Shown piece after piece: positions 20,152 to 30,538 of a stretch of 62,942 nt of DNA (positions within the stretch are counted from its first letter, which is position 1; every line of letters begins with the position of its first letter). The DNA comes from an uncultured virus (IMG/VR IMGVR_UViG_3300034280_000588). Taxonomy: Duplodnaviria > Heunggongvirae > Uroviricota > Caudoviricetes. Location of the stretch: IMG/VR virus record IMGVR_UViG_3300034280_000588. One strand, given 5' to 3'. The position numbers were made by a program, and so were the translations under genes. The notes below the pieces were generated by a model that saw only the letters and a program-made list of their open reading frames with translations, was not told the DNA's origin and ran no database searches.

Positions 20152-21810
20152 TTATATTGAACATGGTGCTAGAGTTCCAGGTCCATATAAAACATAAATG
20201 GTATATATTTCTCCACTAAGAACATTTAAAGAAATGCTTGTGCTACCACCACCAGGAACTGTCGGACCAAATGTAGCATATGTGGTTGTTAATGCCCCAA
20301 TACTCTTACAAACTAAATATTGCATTATAGTGCCACTTCCAGTCCAACTTAATTGAACAAGATAGTCACCATTACCAGTTGTACTTCCACTGGTTGGTCC
20401 AGTAGCATTTTCTATAGAAGTGCTAGGTAGTAACTTATCAATAACTGTTGAATATGTTCCACCACTTCCACTAACACTCCATGATACCACCCCTGCACCA
20501 AGCGGTGCTGCTGTAGTGGTTGTTGTCGTACTTGTTGTTGATGTAGTAGATGTGGTTGTACTTGTTGTACTAGTAGATGTTGTTGATGTTGTAGTTCCAC
20601 CTGCAGGAAGAACTTGCCATCTAACATCATCATTAAGGTTTATTGCAACTCCTGGTATAACAAAACCTGATCCAGGATCATTTGCAGGAATGGTTGGAGA
20701 TGTATATACTAAAATATTGTTAACGTATAAGTATACAATACAAGCAATTGGTCCAGTATTTATATCAAATTGAACACGATTTGGATCATCTACACCTGTA
20801 AATGAACCCATCAAAGTACTTGAATAAGATGTGTTCTCTGTAAAACTTTGAAATCCACCTAACCAATAAGAAGAATTTCCAATAGGTGCAGAAGCATACA
20901 AAGAATAACTCGTATTAAAATAAAATAAAGGAGATGATCCAACACTACCGATATTTACTTGAAATGCACCATTTTCACAATCTGTCAATGGATCATTACA
21001 AGAAGCAAGTTTTGTAATTTCTAAATCAACATCTCCCGTAACTTGAGATCTGCTACATCTTAAAATACTTTGAACAGCATTTAATTGATATGTAACAGGG
21101 GCTCCTGTTACACAATCCGTAATTGTATAGTCTAAGTTATCAATATCTGTAAGATTGTCTATTCTATAACAATCACAAGGTGGAATAGTAGTAGTAGTTG
21201 TGCTTGTACTAGTACTTGTAGTAGTACTTGTAGTAGTGCCAGGAACACAAGGTGTTATTGCTATAATCTTACCATCTATGTTTGTTTCATAACAATCTAC
21301 CCCATTACTATAAAATCCTGCTTGTACATCTCTTGATGTATTTGTATATATAACACAATCTGTCTGAAGATCCGTGCAGCAAGAATAGTAATTACCAGCA
21401 CTATCTGTAAAGTTTGAACATGCTTTAACGCAACTACTATTATCATATCCCAATGTGTAATCAAACAAACTACAAAGAGCTTGTGTTGTAGTGGTAGTAG
21501 TTGAACTTGTTGACGTAGTAGAAGTGGTAGTGGACGTTGTACTTGTTGTGGATGTTGTCGTTGTACTAGTTGTGGTGGGAGGAGGAAATAAACAGTTATT
21601 AACAGAAATCACCACCTTCTCAATTGTTTCTGTTAATGTCTCACAGTTCTTTATCCCAAAACAATCTACATTACATCCTGTATATGTAACACAATCTGTA
21701 TTGTACACAGCAGAATACCCTATTGCATCTGGGCAAGTAGTAGTCGTAGTGGTGCTGGTTGTACCCACCACTTGATCAACACAATCAGTATTACAAGGAT
21801 AGCAAGACAT
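20152..21810 (-). CDS. Cys-rich virion appendage protein with poly-Thr/Ser tracts (partial paralog of 16276..20136)
   Basis: 552 aa; four T/S runs; VQAGFYSNGVDCY matches VQTGYYSDGTNCY and CDCYRIDN matches CLCYLLEN of the neighbour. Confidence 0.7.
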   Translation of the reverse strand: MSCYPCNTDCVDQVVGTTSTTTTTTCPDAIGYSAVYNTDCVTYTGCNVDCFGIKNCETLTETIEKVVISVNNCLFPPPTTTSTTTTSTTSTTSTTTSTTSTSSTTTTTTQALCSLFDYTLGYDNSSCVKACSNFTDSAGNYYSCCTDLQTDCVIYTNTSRDVQAGFYSNGVDCYETNIDGKIIAITPCVPGTTTSTTTSTSTSTTTTTIPPCDCYRIDNLTDIDNLDYTITDCVTGAPVTYQLNAVQSILRCSRSQVTGDVDLEITKLASCNDPLTDCENGAFQVNIGSVGSSPLFYFNTSYSLYASAPIGNSSYWLGGFQSFTENTSYSSTLMGSFTGVDDPNRVQFDINTGPIACIVYLYVNNILVYTSPTIPANDPGSGFVIPGVAINLNDDVRWQVLPAGGTTTSTTSTSTTSTTTSTTSTTSTTTTTTAAPLGAGVVSWSVSGSGGTYSTVIDKLLPSTSIENATGPTSGSTTGNGDYLVQLSWTGSGTIMQYLVCKSIGALTTTYATFGPTVPGGGSTSISLNVLSGEIYTIYVLYGPGTLAPCSI

Positions 21811-21819
21811 CAGTATTTA

Positions 21820-22428
21820 CTAGTTGTATATTCTTATTTCAATAATGGTGTCAACCAATTCATCATCACCAACTAATGTTCTGATGGTTAAAGTATCTTC
21901 ATCAGTTCTTTCAATTGCAATACTGGTATAGGAAGCTGTTGTTCCACCAATATAAAATGTCTTTTGACTTTCAAATTGACCAATAGCAGTAGCCGTATAA
22001 ACACCAGATGATACATATGCCCAAGTAATAGGGAGCAATTCATTTTGTAAAACAGTAGCAATTGGATCCCCACCTGCCGTTTGATTTAACAAAGCAGAAT
22101 AAACTGCATAGGGACGTTTTGCGTCTACATATGTCTTTATAGCCTTCTGAGAAGGAAACAAACTATCACTAGGAGTGGCTCCACCAAGTGTATCATCTGT
22201 AGACTTTGCAGAATCTACATAAGCTTTAATAGCCTTTTGAGATGCCACTAGATCATCAGAGTCAGCAGTGAGAGTACCGTCTACATCAATTTTATCATTG
22301 TTAATCTTACTGTCAATAATGTCATTAAGCATGTCTCCCACGCGCGTAGCTGTGTTTGCATTAGCAACTGTTTCATTCTTAATAACATCTGCCGATACAA
22401 TTAATTGACTATCATTTTGTTGTGCCAT
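21820..22428 (-). CDS. Putative fibre/virion protein
   Basis: 202 aa; IKNET..NANTATRVG N-terminus; internal repeat SQKAIK(A/T)YVD; C-terminal YSALLNQ...IEIRIYN. Confidence 0.55.
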   Translation of the reverse strand: MAQQNDSQLIVSADVIKNETVANANTATRVGDMLNDIIDSKINNDKIDVDGTLTADSDDLVASQKAIKAYVDSAKSTDDTLGGATPSDSLFPSQKAIKTYVDAKRPYAVYSALLNQTAGGDPIATVLQNELLPITWAYVSSGVYTATAIGQFESQKTFYIGGTTASYTSIAIERTDEDTLTIRTLVGDDELVDTIIEIRIYN

Positions 22429-22433
22429 ATTAT

Positions 22434-22703
22434 TTAGTTAAATGTATTATCAAATGTGTCATCAAATACTCCAAAACAATTTGGGTATAATAAAGCTACA
22501 AGTTTATTTACAATAGTTGTAAGACTATCTTCAGGTTGTATGTTATAGTTTAGAAGATCAGATTTCATATATAACACCTGATCTGATGTTAATATTTGCA
22601 CACAAGTTTGTTCTCCACTACATTCACTACTAGGACAAGGGTCTACATAAGTAGGTTCAAACGGGCAGTATTCTGGACAATATGGTGTACAAACATGTTG
22701 CAT
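22434..22703 (-). CDS. Small Cys-rich structural protein
   Basis: Start reassigned to ATG 22703 (TAATG overlap with upstream stop); ends FGVFDDTFDNTFN. Confidence 0.55.
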   Translation of the reverse strand: MQHVCTPYCPEYCPFEPTYVDPCPSSECSGEQTCVQILTSDQVLYMKSDLLNYNIQPEDSLTTIVNKLVALLYPNCFGVFDDTFDNTFN

Positions 22704-23311
22704 TATAAAGGCGGTGCAGTGGTTGTTGTTGTAGTTGGTAATGTTGAATAACAAGGTTCAACAGATGTGTAAGTAATAGGAAGTACACAAGATGTTGTTT
22801 CTCCATTAATATTTAAAGTAACAGTATTGTCATTACTTTTTATTATAATTACTGGAACGTCTTCACCTAAAACTTTTAGTATATAAGAATTAGATATTTG
22901 AAACTCTGAACTTCCAATTCCAAAACCTTCTAATTTATAACCAATTACTTTTAATTCATCTATTTGTAAATCATTGATTGCATCAACTAAACTTTTTCCA
23001 CTATTTGGAAAAGATACATTTGAAATACTATATGTAGTTTCACCAAGTACAATATTTGCAATTCTAAAGTTTATTGTAGATATTTCTTTCCAATTAACTT
23101 TATAACATGTGGCAGGCAATTCAGTTATGGTTAAACAACCTGATGATGCTATTAAATCACCAGAAAGTGTTGTATATGTTACATCTGTTGCTGTGTCATC
23201 AATATAAAAACTTCCAATAGATGTTTCAATACTATAGGGAACACTGCTTATTTTATAATCTATTTTAATTACACCATTTGTACCAGTAATAGTGATTAAA
23301 CAAGCTGCCAT
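22703..23311 (-). CDS. Putative structural protein with C-terminal poly-Thr tail
   Basis: 202 aa; ends LPTTTTTTAPPL. Confidence 0.6.
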   Translation of the reverse strand: MAACLITITGTNGVIKIDYKISSVPYSIETSIGSFYIDDTATDVTYTTLSGDLIASSGCLTITELPATCYKVNWKEISTINFRIANIVLGETTYSISNVSFPNSGKSLVDAINDLQIDELKVIGYKLEGFGIGSSEFQISNSYILKVLGEDVPVIIIKSNDNTVTLNINGETTSCVLPITYTSVEPCYSTLPTTTTTTAPPL

Positions 23312-23328
23312 ATTATTTTATTTTTTAA

Positions 23329-23904
23329 TTATTCTAAACAATTACAAACTCCAGAATTTCCTTCAGCAATTATATCTTCTCTAGTTTTACAAGGTATTCT
23401 AAATTCAACTTGTGGAATACCACTAGAACTATTGGGAGCATCTGTTTGAGCTTTTAAAATTAAATTATCACCAATAGAAGGAATAGTATTAAAAATAATA
23501 TACGTTTTATAGGAGTTTCTAAAACTATCATCTGAACTAGAAGAACAAACATTTGTAATCAAATTTCCAAAAGGCAGAGAAGCTAGTGCATCTTCAGGTG
23601 ATGGCCCTGAACCCCAATATAATGTACCTGCTGGAAAAGGATAAAATACATTATTTAAATAAACACCATCATAATAAAGATCATCTCCTTCACCATCATA
23701 AGGTTGGGATCTTCCTGAATTCCAATCTTGTCTTGCTACTAAAATAAATCCATAACAAACAGGAATTTCTAAATTATCCAAATTAACACAATCAGATGTG
23801 ATTAAAGAAGGATCTGTGGCAGATACTATTTCTGCACCTGAAGGAAGAACAAATTTCTCACCATTCTGTAAAGTAACTGTTTTATAAACGCAAGTACTTG
23901 CCAT
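23329..23904 (-). CDS. Putative structural protein
   Basis: 191 aa ORF in the co-oriented structural operon. Confidence 0.55.
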   Translation of the reverse strand: MASTCVYKTVTLQNGEKFVLPSGAEIVSATDPSLITSDCVNLDNLEIPVCYGFILVARQDWNSGRSQPYDGEGDDLYYDGVYLNNVFYPFPAGTLYWGSGPSPEDALASLPFGNLITNVCSSSSDDSFRNSYKTYIIFNTIPSIGDNLILKAQTDAPNSSSGIPQVEFRIPCKTREDIIAEGNSGVCNCLE

Positions 23905-23920
23905 ATTATAAGTATTTTAA

Positions 23921-25267
23921 TTATAAGGGAACAGTGGTTGTTGTGGTTGTTGTAATTGTTGAACAAACCTTATATGTAATTGTCACTTCACCTGTTGCTG
24001 TAATCTCACAGCATCCTACACTTGTATAAGGAACTTCTTTGTTAAGACACTTAACACAATTTGTGCTACCATCCGTCACACAGATATTAGATTCTATAGT
24101 GAGAGGGAGAGAGGGATCAATTGGGCTAGCTCCAAGATTAATTTCATAACCAGCATTAAAATAATCAGGATCCATTAGAATTCCTGTATTCAATGTTTGA
24201 GAACGAAGTTGGATGTATACGGTAGCTATATGCCCTTCACTATCTGTAATTGTAAGCTTATTTCCTTGGTAACCATATGGTTGTGCAGGATTTACTGTTT
24301 GATCACAATCATACCATGTACCAGGAAGAAGAGTTTTAGGATTGAAGAAAAGAAGAAGAACGAGTTCTCCATCTTCATTTGTAGAACGCTTAACATCAAA
24401 ATCAACAATAATATCATCACAACTAACCTTGCAACAAGTGTCTTGAATAAGTTTTACAGCAGTTCTAATATCGCAAACAGTTATCCAAAGATTCTGCAAA
24501 CTCTCAGCCAGATTGGTAGGACTCATCACCCATGTAGGATATTGACTAGGCATCAATAAACCACTAACCAAAGAAGGTGAACTGCTCAAGTTTTGGCACT
24601 GATTTCCTCTCACTTTAGTGATGTCTGAAACTGTACCAACGGCATCACTTAATTGACAAAATTGATTCTCTAGCTCATCCACTACAAGATTAATAGCGGT
24701 TGGTATAGAGGGCAATACACAATTTGGAGTGACAGTGGGGATTGTAGCAGCAGGTGTACTAATCAAAGTGTTTACCTGTTGTTGTAAAACTGTAATTTGA
24801 CTAGTATGTGTAGCTACTGTACTTGCAATAGAACAAAGCTTTATACCAATTTGATATACATATTCACTTACTGGAAGCTTTGTTAAAGGAACACCAAAAG
24901 GATTAAGAATGTTAAAACAACTAGCTAAAACCACCTCAATTTCTGCACCAACACTTGTATCTATAGCAGCAACAATATCACTTAAACAACAAACCTTATT
25001 AATAACAAGATTTAGAATATTAGTTAAAGTTTTTTGGGGTTCAGGAGTAGTTTGGCATATATCCAAAAGACATGTAAGATCAACATCTGTAAAACCAAAA
25101 CTGTCTTTAATATCACAAAGTTCTTCTGCTATTTTATATATAACATCTGATACAGTATCTCCTGTACACAGCCCTATACAAGGGAGGTCTTGTCCTTGCC
25201 ACATCACACAATTAGATGATGTAGGGGTACAGTTTTCTTTATTTAAGTTGGACTTAATAGGAGTCAT
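23921..25267 (-). CDS. Cys-rich coiled-coil structural protein with C-terminal poly-Thr tail
   Basis: 448 aa; SSNCVMWQGQDLPCIGLCTGD N-terminal module similar to N-termini of 16276 and 20152 proteins; ends ITTTTTTTVPL. Confidence 0.65.
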   Translation of the reverse strand: MTPIKSNLNKENCTPTSSNCVMWQGQDLPCIGLCTGDTVSDVIYKIAEELCDIKDSFGFTDVDLTCLLDICQTTPEPQKTLTNILNLVINKVCCLSDIVAAIDTSVGAEIEVVLASCFNILNPFGVPLTKLPVSEYVYQIGIKLCSIASTVATHTSQITVLQQQVNTLISTPAATIPTVTPNCVLPSIPTAINLVVDELENQFCQLSDAVGTVSDITKVRGNQCQNLSSSPSLVSGLLMPSQYPTWVMSPTNLAESLQNLWITVCDIRTAVKLIQDTCCKVSCDDIIVDFDVKRSTNEDGELVLLLFFNPKTLLPGTWYDCDQTVNPAQPYGYQGNKLTITDSEGHIATVYIQLRSQTLNTGILMDPDYFNAGYEINLGASPIDPSLPLTIESNICVTDGSTNCVKCLNKEVPYTSVGCCEITATGEVTITYKVCSTITTTTTTTVPL

Positions 25268-25326
25268 ACTCTTACATATTAAAATGTTTCTTCATATTAT
25301 TTTTTGCTTCTTTACCCTAGAGCCAC

Positions 25327-25338
25327 AATATAATATAC
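25327..25338 (-). promoter_or_regulatory. Putative late-promoter motif (GTATATTATATT)
   Basis: Motif copy about 60 nt upstream of the 25267 start; identical to the copy at 50495-50506. Confidence 0.55.
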
Positions 25339-25363
25339 TGAATTTATAAAAGACTACCAAAAA

Positions 25364-25645
25364 TTAATAGCCTATATACACCCCTCTAGCTGCCTGTTCT
25401 TTAGTGGTGTTAGCAGATATTTCTGAGGGTCTCACTATAAGAGTGAGAATAAAGAACAGGATGCACAGCCCCATCACTAAGATTCTCTTTCCAGCACCCC
25501 ATCCTGTACCATCATTAAGCACTGTTCTAATCACTACAAAACCAGCAATTAACACTAAAAACCCAATTACTAGCCAAACTACATAACTTGTAGTAGTGAG
25601 GCAATAAAGAAAAGCTTCCCAGGTGGATATGTATTCTTGTCCCAT
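25364..25645 (-). CDS. Small two-TM membrane protein
   Basis: 93 aa with two hydrophobic stretches. Confidence 0.6.
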   Translation of the reverse strand: MGQEYISTWEAFLYCLTTTSYVVWLVIGFLVLIAGFVVIRTVLNDGTGWGAGKRILVMGLCILFFILTLIVRPSEISANTTKEQAARGVYIGY

Positions 25646-26064
25646 TATAAAAAGATTTTAAGGATTATAGATAAGATTAAAAGACCAAACATTAAATACC
25701 ACTTTGTACTCCCTAACTTCTTGTCTATCATTCCTGTAGTTCCATTATAAAAAACAGGCATTTGTAAAGCAATTACATTAATTCCTATTTCAAATAGAAG
25801 GATGTTAATAGAACCTGCCAGTAGATAATCCTTCCAGTCTGATTGAAAAAATTGAACAAGAAAACAAGACACAAAAAATAAAACCCTCATAGAAGCACCA
25901 TATTTCTTCCATTCATAAGTTTTCCTATCTACAGCATGCTTAAATTGATACTTACTATAAAAAATAAAAAGAAGCGTAAATATTATAGATGTTATGTATA
26001 TCACGGTTAGTATTAATATATTATGAGGTTTGTAACGTTGCACCAAACTGCCTAATGACATCAT
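25645..26064 (-). CDS. Multi-pass membrane protein (start uncertain)
   Basis: About four hydrophobic segments; 44-nt overlap with upstream gene suggests a later start. Confidence 0.55.
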   Translation of the reverse strand: MMSLGSLVQRYKPHNILILTVIYITSIIFTLLFIFYSKYQFKHAVDRKTYEWKKYGASMRVLFFVSCFLVQFFQSDWKDYLLAGSINILLFEIGINVIALQMPVFYNGTTGMIDKKLGSTKWYLMFGLLILSIILKIFL

Positions 26065-26473
26065 GTATCTTTATAGATACATTTTCTCCAATATTGTTAA
26101 AGAAATCATATTGCCCTATCCAGGGAATAGTACTTGGTGTAACTATCTCCTCTCCTGTTATGGGGTCAATTGTAATTGTTGGTTGAATGTCCTCTTTGTT
26201 AATAGGAACACCTGTAACGGGATTGACAGGAACTTCATTTGTTGCTATCTGTTCTCTTGTATAATTTGGAATAATTAATGAAAGACTATCTCCATAAGAA
26301 CCGTCTGAGTTCTTTGAGTAGTGAATAATTGTCCAAGAAATGCTCACCTGTTTTGAGTTCATGTTATAGATGAGGGTGAACAATTTTGCCTTACGCTTTA
26401 TTACAGTGGTGTCTATAACAATGTCAGGAATATCGAGAATGATGTCTACAGGATTTGTTGCGAGTTGTGGCAT
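26021..26473 (-). CDS. Hypothetical protein (possible fibre chaperone)
   Basis: Start reassigned to ATG 26473 (MPQLATNP); follows fibre gene. Confidence 0.5.
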   Translation of the reverse strand: MPQLATNPVDIILDIPDIVIDTTVIKRKAKLFTLIYNMNSKQVSISWTIIHYSKNSDGSYGDSLSLIIPNYTREQIATNEVPVNPVTGVPINKEDIQPTITIDPITGEEIVTPSTIPWIGQYDFFNNIGENVSIKIHDVIRQFGATLQTS

Positions 26474-26477
26474 TGTA

Positions 26478-27527
26478 TTAGTATAAAAATAATGAAAAAT
26501 AAAATTGACTTGCATTCCATGTGCTCATTGCTTGTGTTGATGGTGGTGTAGTTATACCGCCTGTAATTCCTCCAAATATTTTTCGTGAATTAGACAAAAT
26601 GGTAAAGGATCCAATCATTCCCGAAATTGTTTGCCAAATACCCAAACTTGGACTAGTAGTAGCACTCGAACTATTGTATAAAGCCATTAAATAATAAACT
26701 CCAGGCTGCAATATTCTTGTTCCTCCAGCAAATGCTTTTTGTTGCCATGTTGTTGTTGCTGCTTTCCATATATTCCCATCGTTTGTTGTTGAATCAACCA
26801 ACGTAACTGTACCTGATGATTCACTATACAAAGCAATCCCATTATAATTTGATGCAGTATAAACGCCTTGATTTGATTGAAACCATGTTGCACCTGTTAT
26901 TGTAATTTCCTTATTTACATAAATTGCATTAAAATAACTTCTACCAGCATTCATTCCACCACCCGTTGATGGCAATAATGGAACACCAATCGGGGATGAT
27001 TTTATAGTTGCTCCCAATAATTGCATTGCTGCCAAATCATTGCTGAATCCACCACCAATTGTATTCCAGCTTGTGCCGTTATACATGTCAATAGTCTTAT
27101 CTGTTGTATTTGCTACAAGTAATTGAGATGCAGGAGTGCTAATAGAATTGCGTTCACTTGTTGACATTCTTGGAATTAGCAAGCCCTTTGATATTGATGT
27201 TATATCAACTAATGAAGATGCATCAGGAGATGTTGTTCCTATTCCAAGCCTATTATTTGTATTGTCCCAAAAGAAGTTAGAATTGTTTTGGGCAATAGTA
27301 GTGCCATTAGAAAACAATACAGACCCTGAAGTTAATGATGGGAGAACAAAATATGTACTATTATCATAACTTATTGTAGTACCTGTAGCCTTAACAAAAC
27401 CTGTTCCGTTAAGCTGTGGTTGTGCATATGCCTTTACAGCCTTCTGTGAAGGAACAAGAAGATCACTATCTGCTGCCAGTGTAGGATCTACATCTATTGG
27501 TACTCCTTTGGTTGTTCCTTGAGCCAT
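26478..27527 (-). CDS. Tail/head fibre protein
   Basis: NFFWDNTNNRLGIGTTSP and KGLLIPRMSTSERNSI are shaft motifs typical of Bacteroidota phage fibres; beta-rich C-terminal head. Confidence 0.7.
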   Translation of the reverse strand: MAQGTTKGVPIDVDPTLAADSDLLVPSQKAVKAYAQPQLNGTGFVKATGTTISYDNSTYFVLPSLTSGSVLFSNGTTIAQNNSNFFWDNTNNRLGIGTTSPDASSLVDITSISKGLLIPRMSTSERNSISTPASQLLVANTTDKTIDMYNGTSWNTIGGGFSNDLAAMQLLGATIKSSPIGVPLLPSTGGGMNAGRSYFNAIYVNKEITITGATWFQSNQGVYTASNYNGIALYSESSGTVTLVDSTTNDGNIWKAATTTWQQKAFAGGTRILQPGVYYLMALYNSSSATTSPSLGIWQTISGMIGSFTILSNSRKIFGGITGGITTPPSTQAMSTWNASQFYFSLFLY

Positions 27528-27539
27528 GTTTTATTTTTA

Positions 27540-28787
27540 TTATCTACTTATTTCTTCCCAATCCATTGATGCAAGAACAGTATCATTAATACTATCAGAA
27601 GCTACTACAACAGTAAGTTCAAATGGTGTTGATGTTAATCCATTTCTTTCAAGCTGTGTTTTAAAAAGTGCTTCTTTAAGAATGTCAACCTGAGTTGATC
27701 CTTGGTTTGATACACTAAAAAACCCACTTGCAAGTATTCTACCTCCTGTAAAAGAAGTTCCTGATATATTATATTCTACAGAAGCATCTGCTCCTGCACT
27801 AACCCAAGTACCACCTGTTGTTGTACCTGATGCTATAACTTGCCAATTATAATGTCCTGTACTAGTTGCCATTACAGAAATTGCAGTACATATTACTATA
27901 GCATCTAAACGATTAGGAGATGTTTTAAGACGTAAGCTTACTATAGGATAAAATGTTCCTGCTACTGCTAGTGTTCTTGGAGTGGTTACAGGAATACCTA
28001 CTGCTTGCTGTAATCCATTTAGTTGATATCCTCCCTCAGATAGTACAGTAGAACATATTTGCTTTAATCTACTTGATGAAGCTGTAGCAGCTGTATTTGT
28101 TATTTCATATCTAAGAGGCAAAGAAGCTGTAGTAATATATGTAGATGTAATTAAATTAGCGTGGTTGAATTTATGGCAAACATAATAATTGCCATCTATA
28201 ACAAAACCCATTCTAACTGTTCCCACACCTAACCACTCCAAGTCCATAAAAAGAATCTGAGCTTTTGTTAGGTCAAGAGTAATGCCACTAGGACCTGAAC
28301 CATTTAATGGGTCAACATTCCAATTTGCTTGAGCAACAGGGGTATTTACTAATGCTCCTGAAACAGAACTTCTTTCAACAAAACTTACTGTGCTATTATT
28401 CTGTTCTAAGTAATAACCATTAGCTGCTCCATAATATCCAACTCTTTGTCTAAGTCCTGTTTTAGCAACATCCATTACAAATGTAGATAGTACAAGAAGA
28501 CTCTTACCAGGTTGATATGAAAACACTTTTGTAGTTTCTCTAACCACTTCAGAACCTGATGCTGCTGTTACACCTAAGTTAACCAACCCTTCATTAGCAT
28601 CAAATGTAGCAGACCCGCTTACAGCAGTGGCTGTAGACCATAGTCCATTATCATCAAATCTATGACTAGAGTCAAACAATGTAAACGGTGTACTAACTCT
28701 CAGCCTACCAAATGCGTCTATATTAGGAGAGTTTGCATACGAGATAGCTGGACTTATTATACTATATCCTGAATATGATTGTGCCAT
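27540..28787 (-). CDS. Putative virion protein, DAFGRLRVS family
   Basis: 415 aa; DAFGRLRVSTPFTLFDS, YQPGKS, WLGVGTVR motifs seen in aquatic phage structural proteins. Confidence 0.6.
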   Translation of the reverse strand: MAQSYSGYSIISPAISYANSPNIDAFGRLRVSTPFTLFDSSHRFDDNGLWSTATAVSGSATFDANEGLVNLGVTAASGSEVVRETTKVFSYQPGKSLLVLSTFVMDVAKTGLRQRVGYYGAANGYYLEQNNSTVSFVERSSVSGALVNTPVAQANWNVDPLNGSGPSGITLDLTKAQILFMDLEWLGVGTVRMGFVIDGNYYVCHKFNHANLITSTYITTASLPLRYEITNTAATASSSRLKQICSTVLSEGGYQLNGLQQAVGIPVTTPRTLAVAGTFYPIVSLRLKTSPNRLDAIVICTAISVMATSTGHYNWQVIASGTTTGGTWVSAGADASVEYNISGTSFTGGRILASGFFSVSNQGSTQVDILKEALFKTQLERNGLTSTPFELTVVVASDSINDTVLASMDWEEISR

Positions 28788-28790
28788 ATA

Positions 28791-29120
28791 TTAACTTATT
28801 TCTGTACCCCACACCTGAAATGAGAGGCTACTGTTTCCTGAATACACCCTTATTACATCTGTAGTGGCTAGAGTTACGCCTATTGTAGCAATAAATGTAT
28901 CGTTCCCAGCTAACGTTACATCATAATAAAGATAGTCTTTATTAGTAGTTGCGGCACCTCCTGCAGATATAGACACTCTAAATGTTGTCTGTGTACCACC
29001 CCTATTGCATATAGAAATAGAACTACATACGGATGATGTAGCAGCAGGAACAGTGTACAATATTGTTTCTGTTGTTGCAGATGGACTAGATTGTCCTAAT
29101 ATTTTGTATACGTTTGGCAT
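28791..29120 (-). CDS. Small beta-sandwich virion protein
   Basis: 109 aa; YKILGQSSPSATTETILYTVPAAT pattern; between fibre genes. Confidence 0.55.
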   Translation of the reverse strand: MPNVYKILGQSSPSATTETILYTVPAATSSVCSSISICNRGGTQTTFRVSISAGGAATTNKDYLYYDVTLAGNDTFIATIGVTLATTDVIRVYSGNSSLSFQVWGTEIS

Positions 29121-29121
29121 G

Positions 29122-30537
29122 TTATGCTCCCATTAATAAAAAGTTCATTTCAAATCCTACAGAAGAAACTGTAGGAATAGTTTGTTTCTTAAGCTTACCA
29201 CTTGTATCAACTGTAACCATTTCATCTGCACCACCTGTAGCAAGATTACCAAAAACAATATCTCCAGATGTATTCTCCCATGCTCTATGTGCAGCACTAT
29301 TTAAACTAGTAAGTGTAGGACCATAATAAATACCACGTGTAATACCTGAATATGTACCAGTATAATTATAAGTGGGCTGTAAATTAATCATTGTACTAGT
29401 AGCGGTTCCTGAAGATCTTGCCACTGTACCTGTATTTAATAATATTGGATTCCACCCTTGTGCATCATTTACAGGAGCATTACCACTTAAGTTTATAATA
29501 TCTCCTTGACTCCATGAAGCATCTCTTGTTATATGTCCACTAAACTTATTATCTATTGCACTAAAACTATTTGTTTGTGCATTAATAGTATTTGTACCAG
29601 TGCCGCCATTAGTTACAGTGATGTTACCATTTATGTATGCAGCTACAGAACCTGCTGTTCCATTTACATCTAGTTTATAAGCAGGAGTTGCTGTACCTAT
29701 ACCAAGTCTATTATTAGTGTCATCCCAGAAAAAGTTAACATTATCTTGTGCTATTGTTGTTCCATTAGAAAAAAGAACAGAACCTGCTGTTAAAGCTGGA
29801 AGATCAAATTTATTATTAAATGTAGTCCAGTTTGTTGAACTTAAATAACCATCTGCAGATCCAGAAGATTGTGTAATTCCTATTGTACCTGTGCCAGTGA
29901 TAGTGCCCCCTGTAATAGGAGCAGATGTTGCTACAGATGTTACAGCAGATGTAAGATATGTATTAGTATCAAGAGCAAACGTACCAACAGCTGTCATCTT
30001 TACAAACGGTGTACCACTAATCCATGTAGGATAGTTTAGAGCACCCCATGTACCAACAGTTGGTATAGTGGGGAATGTCTGCCAAGTTTTATCTCCTCTC
30101 CAATATTGACTAGTAGTACCTGCTGTTATTATAGGCTCATATGTAAGAGCTGCTGTAGCAGATGTAAGATAACCTGCAGGATTAGAAGATAGAGGATAAT
30201 AAAGTAGGCTAGCTGCTGTAGAAGTTAAATAGTTAGCAGGATTACTACTAAGAGGATAGTAGTTAGTGGATAGATAGGCAGTGAGATCTGTTTGAGATGT
30301 CAATGTTCCTGTAATAGATCCCCATGTAGCACTACCACCTGTTTGTTGCCATGCTACACCATCCCAGAAATAAGGTGTGAGATTATCTGTGTCATACACC
30401 ATATATCCCTTATCCCCTAAACCAAGACTGCCACCAAGAAGAATTCTGGCAGCTGTACTGATATTATGTAACCTGCTGTTAAACAACTGGTTAGCATGTA
30501 AATCAATGTCGTGGTAATAGTCTTTTACTAATGGCAT
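29122..30537 (-). CDS. Tail/head fibre protein
   Basis: 471 aa G/T/S-rich; WGSITGTL, YYPLSSNPA repeat, QYWRGDKTWQT, GYLSSTNWTTFNNK, NFFWDDTNNRLGIGT. Confidence 0.7.
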   Translation of the reverse strand: MPLVKDYYHDIDLHANQLFNSRLHNISTAARILLGGSLGLGDKGYMVYDTDNLTPYFWDGVAWQQTGGSATWGSITGTLTSQTDLTAYLSTNYYPLSSNPANYLTSTAASLLYYPLSSNPAGYLTSATAALTYEPIITAGTTSQYWRGDKTWQTFPTIPTVGTWGALNYPTWISGTPFVKMTAVGTFALDTNTYLTSAVTSVATSAPITGGTITGTGTIGITQSSGSADGYLSSTNWTTFNNKFDLPALTAGSVLFSNGTTIAQDNVNFFWDDTNNRLGIGTATPAYKLDVNGTAGSVAAYINGNITVTNGGTGTNTINAQTNSFSAIDNKFSGHITRDASWSQGDIINLSGNAPVNDAQGWNPILLNTGTVARSSGTATSTMINLQPTYNYTGTYSGITRGIYYGPTLTSLNSAAHRAWENTSGDIVFGNLATGGADEMVTVDTSGKLKKQTIPTVSSVGFEMNFLLMGA

Positions 30538-30538
30538 T

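Noticed and set aside
18374..21775. Plus-strand poly-Val ORFs (18374..18721, 20420..20773, 21491..21775; also 31853..32035)
   Set aside because: They are the antisense reading of poly-Thr codons in real minus-strand genes
16276..21810. CRISPR array or microsatellite in the GTA/GTT/GTG repeats
   Set aside because: Degenerate in-frame codon runs, no constant repeat-spacer period, no cas operon
25364..26064. Holin call for the two membrane proteins
   Set aside because: No adjacent endolysin or spanin and no recognisable holin motif; left as membrane proteins
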